64,000 nucleotides of DNA from Terriglobia bacterium (GCA_965198225.1 CBDAOY010000007.1:32001-96000), one strand, 5' to 3'. Shown: positions 43,367 to 54,177, counted from the first letter of the stretch. Translations and numbers: made by a program. Notes: a model not told the origin generated them from the letters alone.

Positions 43367-45478
43367 TCACGCAGCCGGGCGGCGGGACCTGAGTTGCTGG
43401 ATCGTGTCTTCGAGCAGGGAGAACTCTTCGGAGCTGATCTGCTGATTCCCGTAACGTGCTCTCTCGAAAATCTCCAACGCGGCCGAAACCACGGACTGCT
43501 TGCCGGCGTCGGGCAAGCAGTCCAGCCATTCCCGCCACGTCTCGTGGGGCAGGCGCGCCCTCGCCCTTCCGCCGGCCAGAGCGGCGGCCCGGTAGAAAAG
43601 CTGAGCAACTACGTCCTCGTCGACCCCGCCTTGTCCCCTTCGCAGCCGCCAGATCTTCCAGCGAGTGTGTAGCGTGCGTCGGTGTTTGATCGCGAAACCG
43701 AACGCGACCGCTCCGGCAACTGCGGTCCAGAACCACCGTGTCTCGACGATTTCTCGCACGCGGGCGGCGAGTCGATCCGACGCCGCCTGGCTCTGGAGCA
43801 CCCACCGGTCGGATCGGCGTCGGAGCGAGTGCTGCGCGGCCTGGACGCGCTCCTGCGCGCTGCGGAACAGTTGCAACTGTGTGTCCGAGTCGTAGGTAAG
43901 GACGTAGGAATTCCAGAACAGCTCCGCGGCGTCGACATAATGGGAAATGAGCACCGCCAGGCCGATGTCGCCTCTGTTTGGATCCGGAGGAGTAGGATCG
44001 AATTCCAGCCAGCCGCGGCCCGGAACGTAGGCTTCGACCCAGCTGTGGGCGTCGGATTGTCGGACGATGTAGGAACCGCCGATGGCGTTGTATTCTCCGG
44101 CCAGGAACCCGTTGACCATCCGAGTCGGAACGCCGAGGGCGCGAAGCATGATCGCCATCGAAGATGCGAAGTACTCGCAGTGCCCCGACTTTGCCTCGAA
44201 CAGGAAGGTGCTCAGGGGTTGAACGCCCGGGTCCCACGTCAGGTTCAATGAGTAGGCGTATTCGCGCTTGAGATGAGTCTCCAGGAGCGAAGCTCTCTCC
44301 ACTACGGTATCGCCCCCGGCCGCGATCGTTTCCGCCAGTTCGACGATTCGCGGGTCCAGGTCCTGGGGCAACTGGAGGTGGAGTGCCTCCTGTTCCTGGC
44401 TCAGTCCTTCCGCCCCTTCCGCCTCTTCGGCCGGCGCTTTCGACGGGATTTCCGACACGATCTCGTAACGCGTCCGACGCACCGACTGGGTGCGCTTGAA
44501 TACCGAATCGCCCGCGTCCACCTCGAGGCTCCGGAAGGGACCGGTTACCGAACGAATCGCGTGGGGTCCGAAAAGAGTGGTCGTAGCCAATGGCTCCAGA
44601 AAGATCTCGAATCGGGTGCGCTCACCGACGCCCTCGAGCGGCTTGATCCTGAAGACGTCCCGGCCGGTTGAGCGTCTCCGCTGCCTCCCGCGATTGGTCT
44701 TGAACCACCTGCGTCCGTCGAAGGAATCCAACGCGATCCCGCGCCACTTGGGTACAGCCGACGGCGTTCCCTCGAGCAACCGCGTTCTCATTACGAGTGC
44801 CGAACTCAGCTTCACCTGCCCGATCTCTCCGAGTTCGACGGTTTCCGTGAAACCCGACAGCAGCAACGCCTGGGACGCGGCCCGACTGAAATAGCCGGTG
44901 CCGATGCGCGGGATGAGCAAGAACAGTGTGAGTCCGATGATGACGATCCACATCGTCGCCCACACGCTCATTCCTCCCAGGGGCCCGCCGATCCGGATGC
45001 TCCGGGCTCCCGGCTCCTGCCTCTGGGACCTGTAGATGTCAAAGCTCATCAGCGTGGACACCAGCGCCACCAGGAAGAGCAGCAGCATCAGGATGAACGA
45101 CATGTCGATCGTGAGCGATGATGCCGCCAGCACCTGCAGGAAGGCCAGGATGATCAGGTACAGATAGTCCTTGTCCTTCTTCTCCTGCGCCAGTTTGGCG
45201 AGTTCGAGGAAGAGAACCAGGTGGATGATTGCCGAGATGAACGATCGCGACAGGATGACGGCATCGAAGACGAAAAAGAAGATATATCCGAGGGAGAGCA
45301 GGAACGCCATGCGGTAGGACAGCAGTGGCCCTCGTCCCATCACCGTCCGTCGGCCGATCCATGTGAAGAAGAAAAGAAAGACGAAGATCGACGCTATATC
45401 GAGCCGACCGGTGTCGGCCAGAGCGATGAACGCGGTCAGGATCAACGCGTGGAACGAGAGCTGAAAGTAGCGCTCCAT
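43367..45478 (-). CDS. TgpA-like DUF3488/transglutaminase membrane protein
   Basis: Multi-TM N-terminus; GHCEYFASSM, HSWVE, FDPTP triad; start MERYFQ. Confidence 0.92.
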   Translation of the reverse strand: MERYFQLSFHALILTAFIALADTGRLDIASIFVFLFFFTWIGRRTVMGRGPLLSYRMAFLLSLGYIFFFVFDAVILSRSFISAIIHLVLFLELAKLAQEKKDKDYLYLIILAFLQVLAASSLTIDMSFILMLLLFLVALVSTLMSFDIYRSQRQEPGARSIRIGGPLGGMSVWATMWIVIIGLTLFLLIPRIGTGYFSRAASQALLLSGFTETVELGEIGQVKLSSALVMRTRLLEGTPSAVPKWRGIALDSFDGRRWFKTNRGRQRRRSTGRDVFRIKPLEGVGERTRFEIFLEPLATTTLFGPHAIRSVTGPFRSLEVDAGDSVFKRTQSVRRTRYEIVSEIPSKAPAEEAEGAEGLSQEQEALHLQLPQDLDPRIVELAETIAAGGDTVVERASLLETHLKREYAYSLNLTWDPGVQPLSTFLFEAKSGHCEYFASSMAIMLRALGVPTRMVNGFLAGEYNAIGGSYIVRQSDAHSWVEAYVPGRGWLEFDPTPPDPNRGDIGLAVLISHYVDAAELFWNSYVLTYDSDTQLQLFRSAQERVQAAQHSLRRRSDRWVLQSQAASDRLAARVREIVETRWFWTAVAGAVAFGFAIKHRRTLHTRWKIWRLRRGQGGVDEDVVAQLFYRAAALAGGRARARLPHETWREWLDCLPDAGKQSVVSAALEIFERARYGNQQISSEEFSLLEDTIQQLRSRRPAA

Positions 45479-46735
45479 AACGAGTCGGAACCCTCTCTTA
45501 GCGAGAGGATGACGGTTCCATCGGACTGTTCTACGGGTGGCGGCCACGCCGACGGATTCATTTCCACCAAAGCCAGGTAACTCAGGATCGATTGTAGCAA
45601 GGATTCCGAGTAGCCGGACGACGAGGACCAGTCGTCCGACACCAGTGAGAGCTCGATGCCATCGCGAGCCATGTGTACCGCCAGCGATGCCGCGTAGGAG
45701 ACGAGGGATTCAAAGCGATTCTCATCCCCGGCCACGCCGCAACGATCGAAAGCGAGAACGACACGTTGGCTTTCTTCGGCCGCGAACTCTCGGGTCTTCA
45801 GCGACGAAGTCTTGGCCGTCGCCTTCCAGTCCACGTGCCGTGCGCTGTCGGACGTCACGTAATCCCGGATCATGTAGAGATCCATACCCTGTCCCCTTTC
45901 GAATCGCTCCGATGCACCCAGGATGTCGTGGATCGCGACATCCATCTCTTCGGGCTGGAGGATCTCCGGGAAAGCGATGCATTCAGCCTCCGTGGGGACC
46001 GGCCGTCCCTTGAGCAGAAACCCGAAAGGGTATCTGGATTGCAGCTGAACTTCGTCGAGCCTGTGGCGACCCCGACGGGCCAGTTCGGCCTCCACCATGC
46101 GCGTGTCCTGGTCCTGGGTCCCGACCAGGGGCACATAGTACCCCTCGAATCGAAAAGGGCTTTCATCGACCGGGCTCACCCGGAGCGAGAAAGTCGGGAA
46201 GAGCCGCTTGGGATTCTTTACCGTTAGGGCAACCGGAAACGCCTGCCGGGCGAAGCAGTGATCGGGGAGCCTCGCCTCGAGACGCAGGAACCGGAAGTTC
46301 GAGGCCCGAGAGAAACCCCGAGAGAACCATAACCGCCAGCAGGGCCGCCAGCACCATGTAGAGCAGGTTATTGCTCGTGTTGATAGCCGCCGACATCACC
46401 ACCGTCGTGGCCGCGATGTAGATCCAACCGTCCCGAGTGAGCCGGTACTGCGTGAAGAACGGTAGCCAGTCCCAGTCGACGCCGGCGGCCATTCGCGGAA
46501 CAAAACGAAGGCTGACCCACACGGCGATCGACAGCGAGATAAGGGCGGCAATTGCCGATGGTATTACTCGGCCGTCACGAGCCGTGCTGTTGGCGTACAG
46601 CGCAGCGAGCATTGCGATGGTCAGCAGCAGGATGGACTTGGTGAAATTCCAGGCCATCTGCCTGTGTTCCCGTTCGCGCAGCTCTCCGATGAACCTCTCG
46701 AAGCGATCGCGAAAGGGGGGCTTGGCAGTAGCCAT
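45442..46735 (-). CDS. DUF58 protein with single-base frameshift near 46301
   Basis: AAINTSNNLLY N-part; removing one base in CTCGAAC gives LNFRFLRL.. continuing into IRDYVTSDSARHVDWKATAK. Confidence 0.85.
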
Positions 46736-46743
46736 CGCCTGTC

Positions 46744-47691
46744 TCAGGCGGGTACCGGCACGCTGTCGACGATTTCCTGAAGGACGCCTGTCGAGTCCCT
46801 GCGGGCGCGGGTACCTGTGCGGGTCAACACGATTCGATGCCCGAACACCGGTTCGATGAGCTTCTTGACGTCGTCGGGCAGGACGTATTCCCGCTCTGCG
46901 AGCATCGCCACGGCCTGCGCGGCCCGGAACAGCGCTGTCGTGCCGCGCGGGCTGATGCCGAGCTCGACGTCAGGGTGACTACGCGTCCGGTTGACTATTT
47001 CGATCATGTAGTCCATGAGAGGCTCATCGATATGAGCCCGGCGACTCTCGCGCTGCAGATCGAGAACCTCGGCGGGATTCAGCACGGCGCCAAGTGCTCT
47101 GTCGTGGTTTCCATTCGTGTAGCGTTTGAGGATTTCCCGTTCCGCTGCCGCGTCGGGATAGCCGACTTCGATCCTCATGAGGAAACGGTCGAGTTGGGAT
47201 TCCGGAAGCGGGTAGGTTCCATGATGTTCGACCGGATTCTGCGTTGCCAGCACCATGAATGGGCGGGGCAATTCATGGGTGACGTTGTCGATCGTCACCT
47301 GGTTCTCGTTCATCGCCTCCAGCAACGCGCTCTGGGTCTTCGGCGTCGTCCGGTTGATCTCATCGGCCAGCACGATGTTCGCAAAGATCGGCCCCCGCTT
47401 GAATTCGAACTCGTGAACGTTCGGGTTGTAGACCGCCACTCCCAGGACGTCGGAAGGCAGCATGTCGCTCGTGAACTGCAGCCTGTGGAATGTGGATCCC
47501 AGGGCCATCGCCATGGCGTGTCCGAGAGTGGTCTTGCCCACGCCGGGAACATCCTCGATAAGCAGGTGACCTTCTGCGAGAAGAGCGACGATCGCGAGCT
47601 CGATCGTCTCGTCTTTCCCCTTGATAACGTTACCGATAGCCGACCGCAGGTCGACGATTCTCCGGTGGGTGGAATTGGTCGTGGTGCTCAT
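46744..47691 (-). CDS. MoxR-family AAA+ ATPase (second copy)
   Basis: EDVPGVGKTT, RLQFTSDMLPSD, DEINRTTPKTQSALLEAM; start MSTTTN. Confidence 0.95.
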   Translation of the reverse strand: MSTTTNSTHRRIVDLRSAIGNVIKGKDETIELAIVALLAEGHLLIEDVPGVGKTTLGHAMAMALGSTFHRLQFTSDMLPSDVLGVAVYNPNVHEFEFKRGPIFANIVLADEINRTTPKTQSALLEAMNENQVTIDNVTHELPRPFMVLATQNPVEHHGTYPLPESQLDRFLMRIEVGYPDAAAEREILKRYTNGNHDRALGAVLNPAEVLDLQRESRRAHIDEPLMDYMIEIVNRTRSHPDVELGISPRGTTALFRAAQAVAMLAEREYVLPDDVKKLIEPVFGHRIVLTRTGTRARRDSTGVLQEIVDSVPVPA

Positions 47692-48076
47692 GTTTTCCGG
47701 ATAGCCCGATTGTAGCATAGGGACATTTGTCGAACCTTCCCGTGGTTTTGAAGCCGAGCTTGGAGAACGAACCAAGCGTCGCTCGTGGAGCACGAACCGA
47801 CCGTCGATCCGAGAAGACAGTTTGTCTGGGCCGTTTTCGGCCCGACGCGGCCGGTTGCCATATCGGCACCCTTCCGAGCGGACTCACACATAATGCCTTG
47901 CCGCACGATCTCTCTTGATTGTTGGTTTGTCGAACCTTAGCCCCACCTCAGGAGTTGCTTCCGCTCTGGAACCCGCATTGCAGCGTGCAGGTTGACTTCG
48001 CAATTGCGCGAGGTCCGGCGAGTTGGAGGAGAGCCCCTCCCGCTCGACGCCTGAACGGGCTGAAGAGGGTACAGAC

Positions 48077-48946
48077 ATGTCATCGTTCCAGAAGGTCCTG
48101 TTCCCGACCGACTTCTCGAAGGGCGCCGATAACGCCTTTCGACACGCGCTCCGCCTGGCGAACATCCAGAACGGTGAGGTGATCGTCCAGCATGTCGTGA
48201 GCAGCTACTTCGAGAAACATTCCCACTGGGCGACCCTGTTCGACATCCACGAGATGCAGAAGTACATGGACATGTACGTCGAGACCGAGATGGCTGGGGT
48301 CGTACCGGAAGAGATCAAGGGCGATCTCAAGTTCCGCAACGTGATCTCGGAAGGGAAGCCGGCGCAACAGATCGCCGAGTTGGCCGATAAGGAGCGGGTG
48401 GACGTCATCGTCATGGGGCCTACCCGGGGAGTGGTGACCGGCCCGGTGATTCGGGGAACCAACCGCCCGGTACTGGCGGTGCCTCACAACGGTAACGGCG
48501 TGGAGCCACTCCGTAAGATTTCGAAGATCCTCGTCACGACGGATTTTTCAGGACACTCGAAGAAGGTTGTCGACTATGCTTTCGAGCTGAAGAAGCTCTT
48601 CGACTGTGAGATCTACCTGCTGTATGTCGTCGAGCTTACGAATGCGATCAGGTTCGGTATCAAGCAGGGTTACTTCACTGACGCAACGGCGAAGATGAAG
48701 AAGTGGGCCGAAGATCAGCTCGAGAATCTGACGCCACGTCAATATGTCCTGGATGAGACGGTTCACCGTGTGGTCGAGGAGGGTCCGGCCGCCGATCACA
48801 TCAAGGCATTCGCAGACGCCAACGATGTCGACATGGTCGTTCTCGGTGCGCACGGGTACGGACCTGTCCAGAAGCATTTCGTCGGCAAGACGACCGACAA
48901 GGTGCTGCTGGAGCTGGACCGACCGGTGCTGACGGTCAGGATCTAG
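48077..48946 (+). CDS. Tandem universal stress protein
   Basis: Two domains: KVLFPTDFS..VMG..RPVLAV and KILVTTDFS..LGAHG..RPVLTV. Confidence 0.93.
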   Translation: MSSFQKVLFPTDFSKGADNAFRHALRLANIQNGEVIVQHVVSSYFEKHSHWATLFDIHEMQKYMDMYVETEMAGVVPEEIKGDLKFRNVISEGKPAQQIAELADKERVDVIVMGPTRGVVTGPVIRGTNRPVLAVPHNGNGVEPLRKISKILVTTDFSGHSKKVVDYAFELKKLFDCEIYLLYVVELTNAIRFGIKQGYFTDATAKMKKWAEDQLENLTPRQYVLDETVHRVVEEGPAADHIKAFADANDVDMVVLGAHGYGPVQKHFVGKTTDKVLLELDRPVLTVRI

Positions 48947-48947
48947 G

Positions 48948-48975
48948 AAAAAGCCCGCCGCAAGGCGGGCTTTTT
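48948..48975 (+). terminator. Rho-independent terminator (IIC intron target)
   Basis: AAAAAGCCCGCC-GCAA-GGCGGGCTTTTT directly after the USP stop. Confidence 0.92.
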
Positions 48976-49381
48976 GGTTGGTGCGCCAGGCATGGCGCGC
49001 AGCGCCATGAATTGGCGCTGGATAACCGGGGAGCGAAAGCGAACCGGGAAGTGACTAGGAGGTGAGAGTCCTCTGGGGGCCTTGATGACAGGAACCCTTA
49101 GCCGATGTGGCAACTGCGTCCGAGCAATCGGGGGTGGGAAGGAAGCCATAGGCAAAACTCTGGCCCGAGGCACACGAACCGCATAAGAGGCAGGCGTCAG
49201 GTGGGCGAAGAGGCCAACAGATCGGAAGCCCAATGTCATCCGGACCGGGCGTTTGTAGATGCGGCGGGTAGATGGAGTGAAAGTCACGTGCCTTACCCTG
49301 GGAGATCCGTTGTCTTGCTGGGAACAGCTAGAGTCGTCGAGAGGCGGCGCGATGGGGCGGCGGAAGTCAGCCACGGTCATA

Positions 49382-50254
49382 GTGCGTGCCTGGCAGCACG
49401 CGTTTCCGGCGGGTTAAAGTCCCGCTCGGCCCGAGGCCACGGGTCGATATCCAACAAGTGGGGGTAATGCCTCACTGGCCGGAGTGTAGGCAGGATGGCA
49501 GATGCCTCAAGGCAGAGCTGCCACCTACGGAAACTTTGGAGGGCAGGGCGCCCACCGCGAGGTGGGGTCTGAAGGGCATGAGGAGAACCACCGGGTCGTA
49601 ATCGAAGGGAGCATCCCGAGGATGAACCGGTCGGCCAAAGATGGGGAATGGTCGAGCCCGCACTATGGGGGCGAAGGCGCATTTGGTTCCACCCCATCGC
49701 ACCAAGGTGTGTGCGGGCGACACGGTGGAGAAGAGACGCGAGTGACCCAGGGAGGCCTGGTATCGTCCGGGCGGAAGGTAAGGTCGAGATGATGTGGCAC
49801 CCGCAGACGAAAGGGCGGGCAACCGAGAAGACAAACATCGACCTAGAGCCCCGCATGGATATAAGCGTAGAGCGAAATTCCGGCCGACGCGGTGTCAGGA
49901 ATCGGATCGGGGAATGGAGCCAGTACTCAGGAACGAGACGGCAAACATAAGGTCTCGGATCGTTGCTTCGAGCAGCGGCGCTGGCGGTCCAAAAGCCGTT
50001 CGTTGGAGGGGGAAGTCCCCGTACTCAGTCGTCGAATGTGCGAGCGATGCGAGGAAACGCGGAGATATCGTGAACTTGGATAGTTCCCTTAGCGAAAGAC
50101 CCAAACGCGGTACGAACGAAGCCGCCACCTGCCGCCACACAGCGAATTCCGAACGAGGAGCAACTGAGGAAAGCGGCTTGCGGGAAAACCGCACGAGCCG
50201 TTTGATTGAGCGGACGGTGGAAGGGCCGATCGGCCCGACCACTTTCGACTCTAC
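49382..50254 (+). ncRNA. ORF-less group II intron nested in the IIC intron (5' end uncertain by up to 4 nt)
   Basis: GTGCG at 49382; DV AAGCGGCTTGCGGGAAAACCGCACGAGCCGTTT (AGC triad); DVI ending CGACTCTAC; flanks rejoin to a IIC DIII-like sequence. Confidence 0.82.
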
Positions 50255-50314
50255 AGCCCGGCGGAGCCGGGGTGAAGGACCACACATGGAGAAGAGACCG
50301 ACACGGAGCGTTCG

Positions 50315-51712
50315 ATGCGAAACGGAGACGCAGACAAGAGGGCTGAGAAGCCGGAACCGAACCGGAAGGATAGCGGCGGAACCGTGACAGATACGGATGA
50401 GGGGCGTCAAACTCGCACGGCACGTCACGAGCAAGTCGGGATCGAGGAGGGAATGCTACTGGAGAAGGTGCTGGAACGGGAAAACGTTCTGGCCGCATAC
50501 CGACGCGTCAAGGCCAATAGCGGGGCGGCGGGAATCGACGGGATGACCGTTGAGGACCTGATGCCGCACTGTCAGATGCACTGGACGCGAGTCCGTCAAG
50601 AACTGCTCGACGAGACGTACCGCCCCCAACCGGTGAGGAAAGTCGATATTCTGAAACCGGACGGAGGGATACGGACGCTGGGCATTCCGACCGTGATGGA
50701 CCGGATGATTCAACAGGCTCTGCTTCAGGTTCTCCAACCCCTATGGGATCGGACGTTCTCGGAAGATAGCTACGGCTACCGACCGGGACGAAGCGCCCAA
50801 AAGGCGGTGGTGCGTGCCCGGGAACACATTCGAGCCGGACATCGCTGGGTGGTGGACCTGGACATCGAGAAGTTCTTTGATCGCGTCAACCATGACGTGC
50901 TGATGGCACGCGTGGCGCGACGAATCAAAGACAAACGGGTGCTTCGATTGATTCGGCGCTATCTACAGGCCGGACTGATGGAGGGCGGGCTGGTGTCGCC
51001 CCGGGCAGAAGGGACGCCGCAAGGCGGCCCCCTCTCGCCTCTGCTGTCGAACCTGTTGCTGGATGAACTGGATCGGGAGTTGGGGAAACGTGGGCACCGC
51101 TTCGTTCGTTATGCCGACGATGTGAATGTGTACATTCGCTCCGAGGCAGCGGGTCAGCGGGTCATGGCATCGCTGGAATGTTTTCTGGACAGGAGACTCC
51201 GGCTGAAGGTGAACCGGGCCAAAAGCGCCGTGGCGCGGCCGTGGAAGCGAAAGTTCCTCGGGTACAGTTTCACGGCGCATCGCGAGGCCAAACTGAAGGT
51301 TTCGGATTCGTCGTTAAAACGACTGAAAATGAGACTTCGGGAGATCACGCGAGCCGGGCGAGGCCGAAGCCTCGCTCGCACGATCGGAACACTCATTCCC
51401 ATCATTCGGGGTTGGGTGGCTTACTATCGCTTGGCGGAGGTTCGAGGCAGCTTCGAGCGACTGGATCAGTGGTTGCGCCGCCGGCTGCGGTCGATCTTGT
51501 GGCAGCAGTGGAAGCGGAACCGAACACGATTCCGGGAACTCACTCGACGCGGTATTGCGACCGCTCGGGCTCGGACCTCGGTTTCCAACGGGCGCGGGCC
51601 TTGGTGGAATGCGGGCGCCAGCCATATGAATCAGGCTGTCCCCGCCTCTGCCTTCCGTCGCCTGGGTTTGCAATCCTTCTCCGAGGTGCATTCCCGACTT
51701 CAATCTTTATGA
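50315..51712 (+). CDS. ltrA: Group II intron reverse transcriptase/maturase, no endonuclease domain
   Basis: GAAGIDG, RTLGIPTVMDR, DLDIEKFFD, GTPQGGPLSPLL, RYADD, GWVAYY. Confidence 0.96.
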   Translation: MRNGDADKRAEKPEPNRKDSGGTVTDTDEGRQTRTARHEQVGIEEGMLLEKVLERENVLAAYRRVKANSGAAGIDGMTVEDLMPHCQMHWTRVRQELLDETYRPQPVRKVDILKPDGGIRTLGIPTVMDRMIQQALLQVLQPLWDRTFSEDSYGYRPGRSAQKAVVRAREHIRAGHRWVVDLDIEKFFDRVNHDVLMARVARRIKDKRVLRLIRRYLQAGLMEGGLVSPRAEGTPQGGPLSPLLSNLLLDELDRELGKRGHRFVRYADDVNVYIRSEAAGQRVMASLECFLDRRLRLKVNRAKSAVARPWKRKFLGYSFTAHREAKLKVSDSSLKRLKMRLREITRAGRGRSLARTIGTLIPIIRGWVAYYRLAEVRGSFERLDQWLRRRLRSILWQQWKRNRTRFRELTRRGIATARARTSVSNGRGPWWNAGASHMNQAVPASAFRRLGLQSFSEVHSRLQSL

Positions 51713-51777
51713 ACCGCCGTATACGGAACCGTACGTACGGTGGTGTGGGAGGCGGGCGTTAAGCCCGCCTACCCGAT

Positions 51778-51861
51778 TCAGTAGTCAGTTGTCGGGATCG
51801 GGAGCTGGCACACCGCCCATTTCCTCAAACTGGCAACTGGCAACTGATAACTGACAACTGA
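51778..51861. repeat. Heptamer palindrome (GTAGTCA family) at the intron 3' exon
   Basis: TCA GTAGTCA GTTGTCG ... TGGCAAC TGGCAAC TGATAAC TGACAAC TGA. Confidence 0.7.
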
Positions 51862-51912
51862 TTTCTGATATCCTCCGCCTGATAGGGTTCTTGGTGGAGG
51901 TTCTTAGACTTC

Positions 51913-54153
51913 TTGCACGATCTAGCCCGCAGCCTTCCAGGTTATGTGTGCCTGGCACTTCTCTACGCGCTTTTTCTGCCGTGGGACAGCTCTGCCCAAG
52001 AGGCGCTCGACTCCGACATCGCGCCGATTGCCGACTATGAATCCGTCCAGAGCCAGAAGGTCTACGAGATCACCCGCGCCCGGGGTCCGATCCGTCTGGA
52101 CGGTGTGATCGACGAACCTGCCTGGGAAGGGGTCCAGGCCGAAAACGAATACTTTCAACTGGAACCGGTTCGAGGGGTGCCGGCCGACGAGTACACCGAA
52201 TTCCGAATGGTCTACGACGATGAGAACATCTATATCGCCGCGATCAATCTCCAGAACGGCCCTATCATCACCAGCAGCCTGCAACGCGATTTCAACCCGC
52301 CGGCCGATGGCGACGTCATCGCGTTCATGTTCGATACCTTCGACAACGATCGCGACGCATTCTTCTTCCAGACCAACCCGGGAGGGGCCAAGAGAGACCA
52401 GCAGACCTCCGGGGGCGTCCGCAGCACCGAGTGGGACGGCGTGTATGACGTCGCGACTCGGGTCGATGCCGCCGGCTGGTACGCGGAGTTCGCCATACCG
52501 TTCAGGACGCTCCGTTTCGACGAGACGAATCCAGAACAACAGTGGGGTTTCAATGCAATAAGGATCGCCCGGTACACCAACGAATGGATGATGTGGTCGC
52601 CGGGGCCCCGCCCGTTCAATATCTTCCACGTCTTCGTCGGCGGGACGCTGGTCGGGCTCGAGCGACTCCGCCAGGGCCGTAACCTCAAGATCGAGCCGTT
52701 TGTGGTGAGCAATTACACGCCCGATGCCGAAGACGCCTACGACCCGGATGTCGGTGTCGACGTCAAGTACGGCGTGACGTCCAGCCTCACGCTCGACCTG
52801 ACCACCAACACCGACTTCTCACAGGTCGACGCCGACACGCAACAGGTGAACCTGACACGCTTTAGCCTTTTCTTCCCCGAACAACGGGAGTTCTTTCTCG
52901 AAAACCAGGGCCTTTTCGACGTGGGTGCCGGGGAAGGAGGGGGAGGCCCCGGAGGATCGGGAACCATCGGGGGACGGGGTCGCGATGTCATTCCGTTCTT
53001 CAGCCGTCGGATCGGCTTGTCCGGCAGGGGCACGCCGCTTCCGATCGTCGCGGGGGCGAGGCTGACGGGTCGCATGGCCGGGTTCGATGTGGGCGTGATG
53101 AACATGCAGGTCGGTTCGGAAGGGGATACGCCGTCCGACAACTGGTCGGTATTGCGTTTCAAGCGCGACGTCCTTTCCAACTCCGACATCGGAACTTTCC
53201 TCTTCAACCGCGAGCAGGGAGGGGAAACGGGATACTGGAACCGTTCGGGTGGCGCGGACGTGAACCTGAGGTTCTTCCAGCGCCGTCTGACCCTAGCCGG
53301 CTTCGCGATGAAGACCTACACGCCTGGAGACGATGAGAAAAACTTTGCCGGGCAGTTCCAGACCTCCTACCGGGACGACTTTTACGATTTTCGCGGGTCG
53401 TTCATGTCTGTCCAGGAAGACTTCCGGAACGACTTTGGGTTCATCAGGCGCGAAGCGATCCGCAAGACGAATGCGTTTGGCGGCATCCGCCCGAGGCCCG
53501 ACAGCGGGCGTGGGTTGATTCGGGAGATTTTTCCGCAGTTCGAGACCAACTACGTCACGGACCAGCAGGATCGGCTCCTGACGCGCACCCATCGAGCCGG
53601 CGTCAGCATCCAATTCCGTGACGGCGACCGCTTCTCCATGAGCCGCAACATGCGTTTTGAACGGTTGGACGAGGAGTTCGGAATCCGGGGCGGCGTCAAC
53701 ATCCCTGCCGGCGACCACGCCTTCAACGACTGGGATGTTTCTTTCAGCGGATCCGGAGGCCGGAAGCTTTCGGGCGACGCGAGCCTGACGACGGGAGATT
53801 TCTGGACGGGGACCCAGCGACAGACGAGTCTGGGCTTGCGATTCCGGCAGAGCATTCATTTCACGACCGAGGTCGACTGGTCCCGGAACAAGATCGAGTT
53901 GGATGAAGGGTCGTTCACGACCGACCTGATCGGGCTGCGGTTAAACTTTGCGTTTTCGCCGCGGATGTTCTTCGAGAACTTCATCCAGTACAACACCGAC
54001 GCCAACACCGTTTCGTCGAACATCCGGTTCCGGTTCCTCCACCACCCGTTGAGCGACTTCTTCATCGTTTACAACGAGCGGCGCGGAGTCAGCGGCAACA
54101 ATGCACTCGAACGAGCCTTGATCATCAAGCTCACGAACCTGTTCAGCTTCTAG
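51913..54153 (+). CDS. CBM9-like/DUF5916 outer-membrane protein
   Basis: IRLDGVIDEPAW, WYAEFAIPF, DLTTNTDFSQV, FFPEQREFFLE, FFSRRIGL; terminal Phe. Confidence 0.88.
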   Translation: MHDLARSLPGYVCLALLYALFLPWDSSAQEALDSDIAPIADYESVQSQKVYEITRARGPIRLDGVIDEPAWEGVQAENEYFQLEPVRGVPADEYTEFRMVYDDENIYIAAINLQNGPIITSSLQRDFNPPADGDVIAFMFDTFDNDRDAFFFQTNPGGAKRDQQTSGGVRSTEWDGVYDVATRVDAAGWYAEFAIPFRTLRFDETNPEQQWGFNAIRIARYTNEWMMWSPGPRPFNIFHVFVGGTLVGLERLRQGRNLKIEPFVVSNYTPDAEDAYDPDVGVDVKYGVTSSLTLDLTTNTDFSQVDADTQQVNLTRFSLFFPEQREFFLENQGLFDVGAGEGGGGPGGSGTIGGRGRDVIPFFSRRIGLSGRGTPLPIVAGARLTGRMAGFDVGVMNMQVGSEGDTPSDNWSVLRFKRDVLSNSDIGTFLFNREQGGETGYWNRSGGADVNLRFFQRRLTLAGFAMKTYTPGDDEKNFAGQFQTSYRDDFYDFRGSFMSVQEDFRNDFGFIRREAIRKTNAFGGIRPRPDSGRGLIREIFPQFETNYVTDQQDRLLTRTHRAGVSIQFRDGDRFSMSRNMRFERLDEEFGIRGGVNIPAGDHAFNDWDVSFSGSGGRKLSGDASLTTGDFWTGTQRQTSLGLRFRQSIHFTTEVDWSRNKIELDEGSFTTDLIGLRLNFAFSPRMFFENFIQYNTDANTVSSNIRFRFLHHPLSDFFIVYNERRGVSGNNALERALIIKLTNLFSF

Positions 54154-54177
54154 ACGGGTGTCTACGTCTTATCAGAG

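Larger units (their letters stand above)
48981..51777 (+). mobile_element. Group IIC intron (outer intron of twintron)
   Basis: 5' GTGCGCCAGGCATGGCGC just after the terminator; short DV with CGC triad (AACCGCCGTATACGGAACCGTACGTACGGTGGT); 3' CCTACCCGAT; RT ORF. Confidence 0.93.

Noticed and set aside
49377-50498. ORFs 49377..49856, 49794..50387 and 49895..50434
   Set aside because: They overlap structured intron RNA and have no protein motifs.
48981-51777. Intron as an attC-targeting (IIC-attC) element linked to the cassette array
   Set aside because: Its insertion site is a terminator 30 kb away with no attC features.
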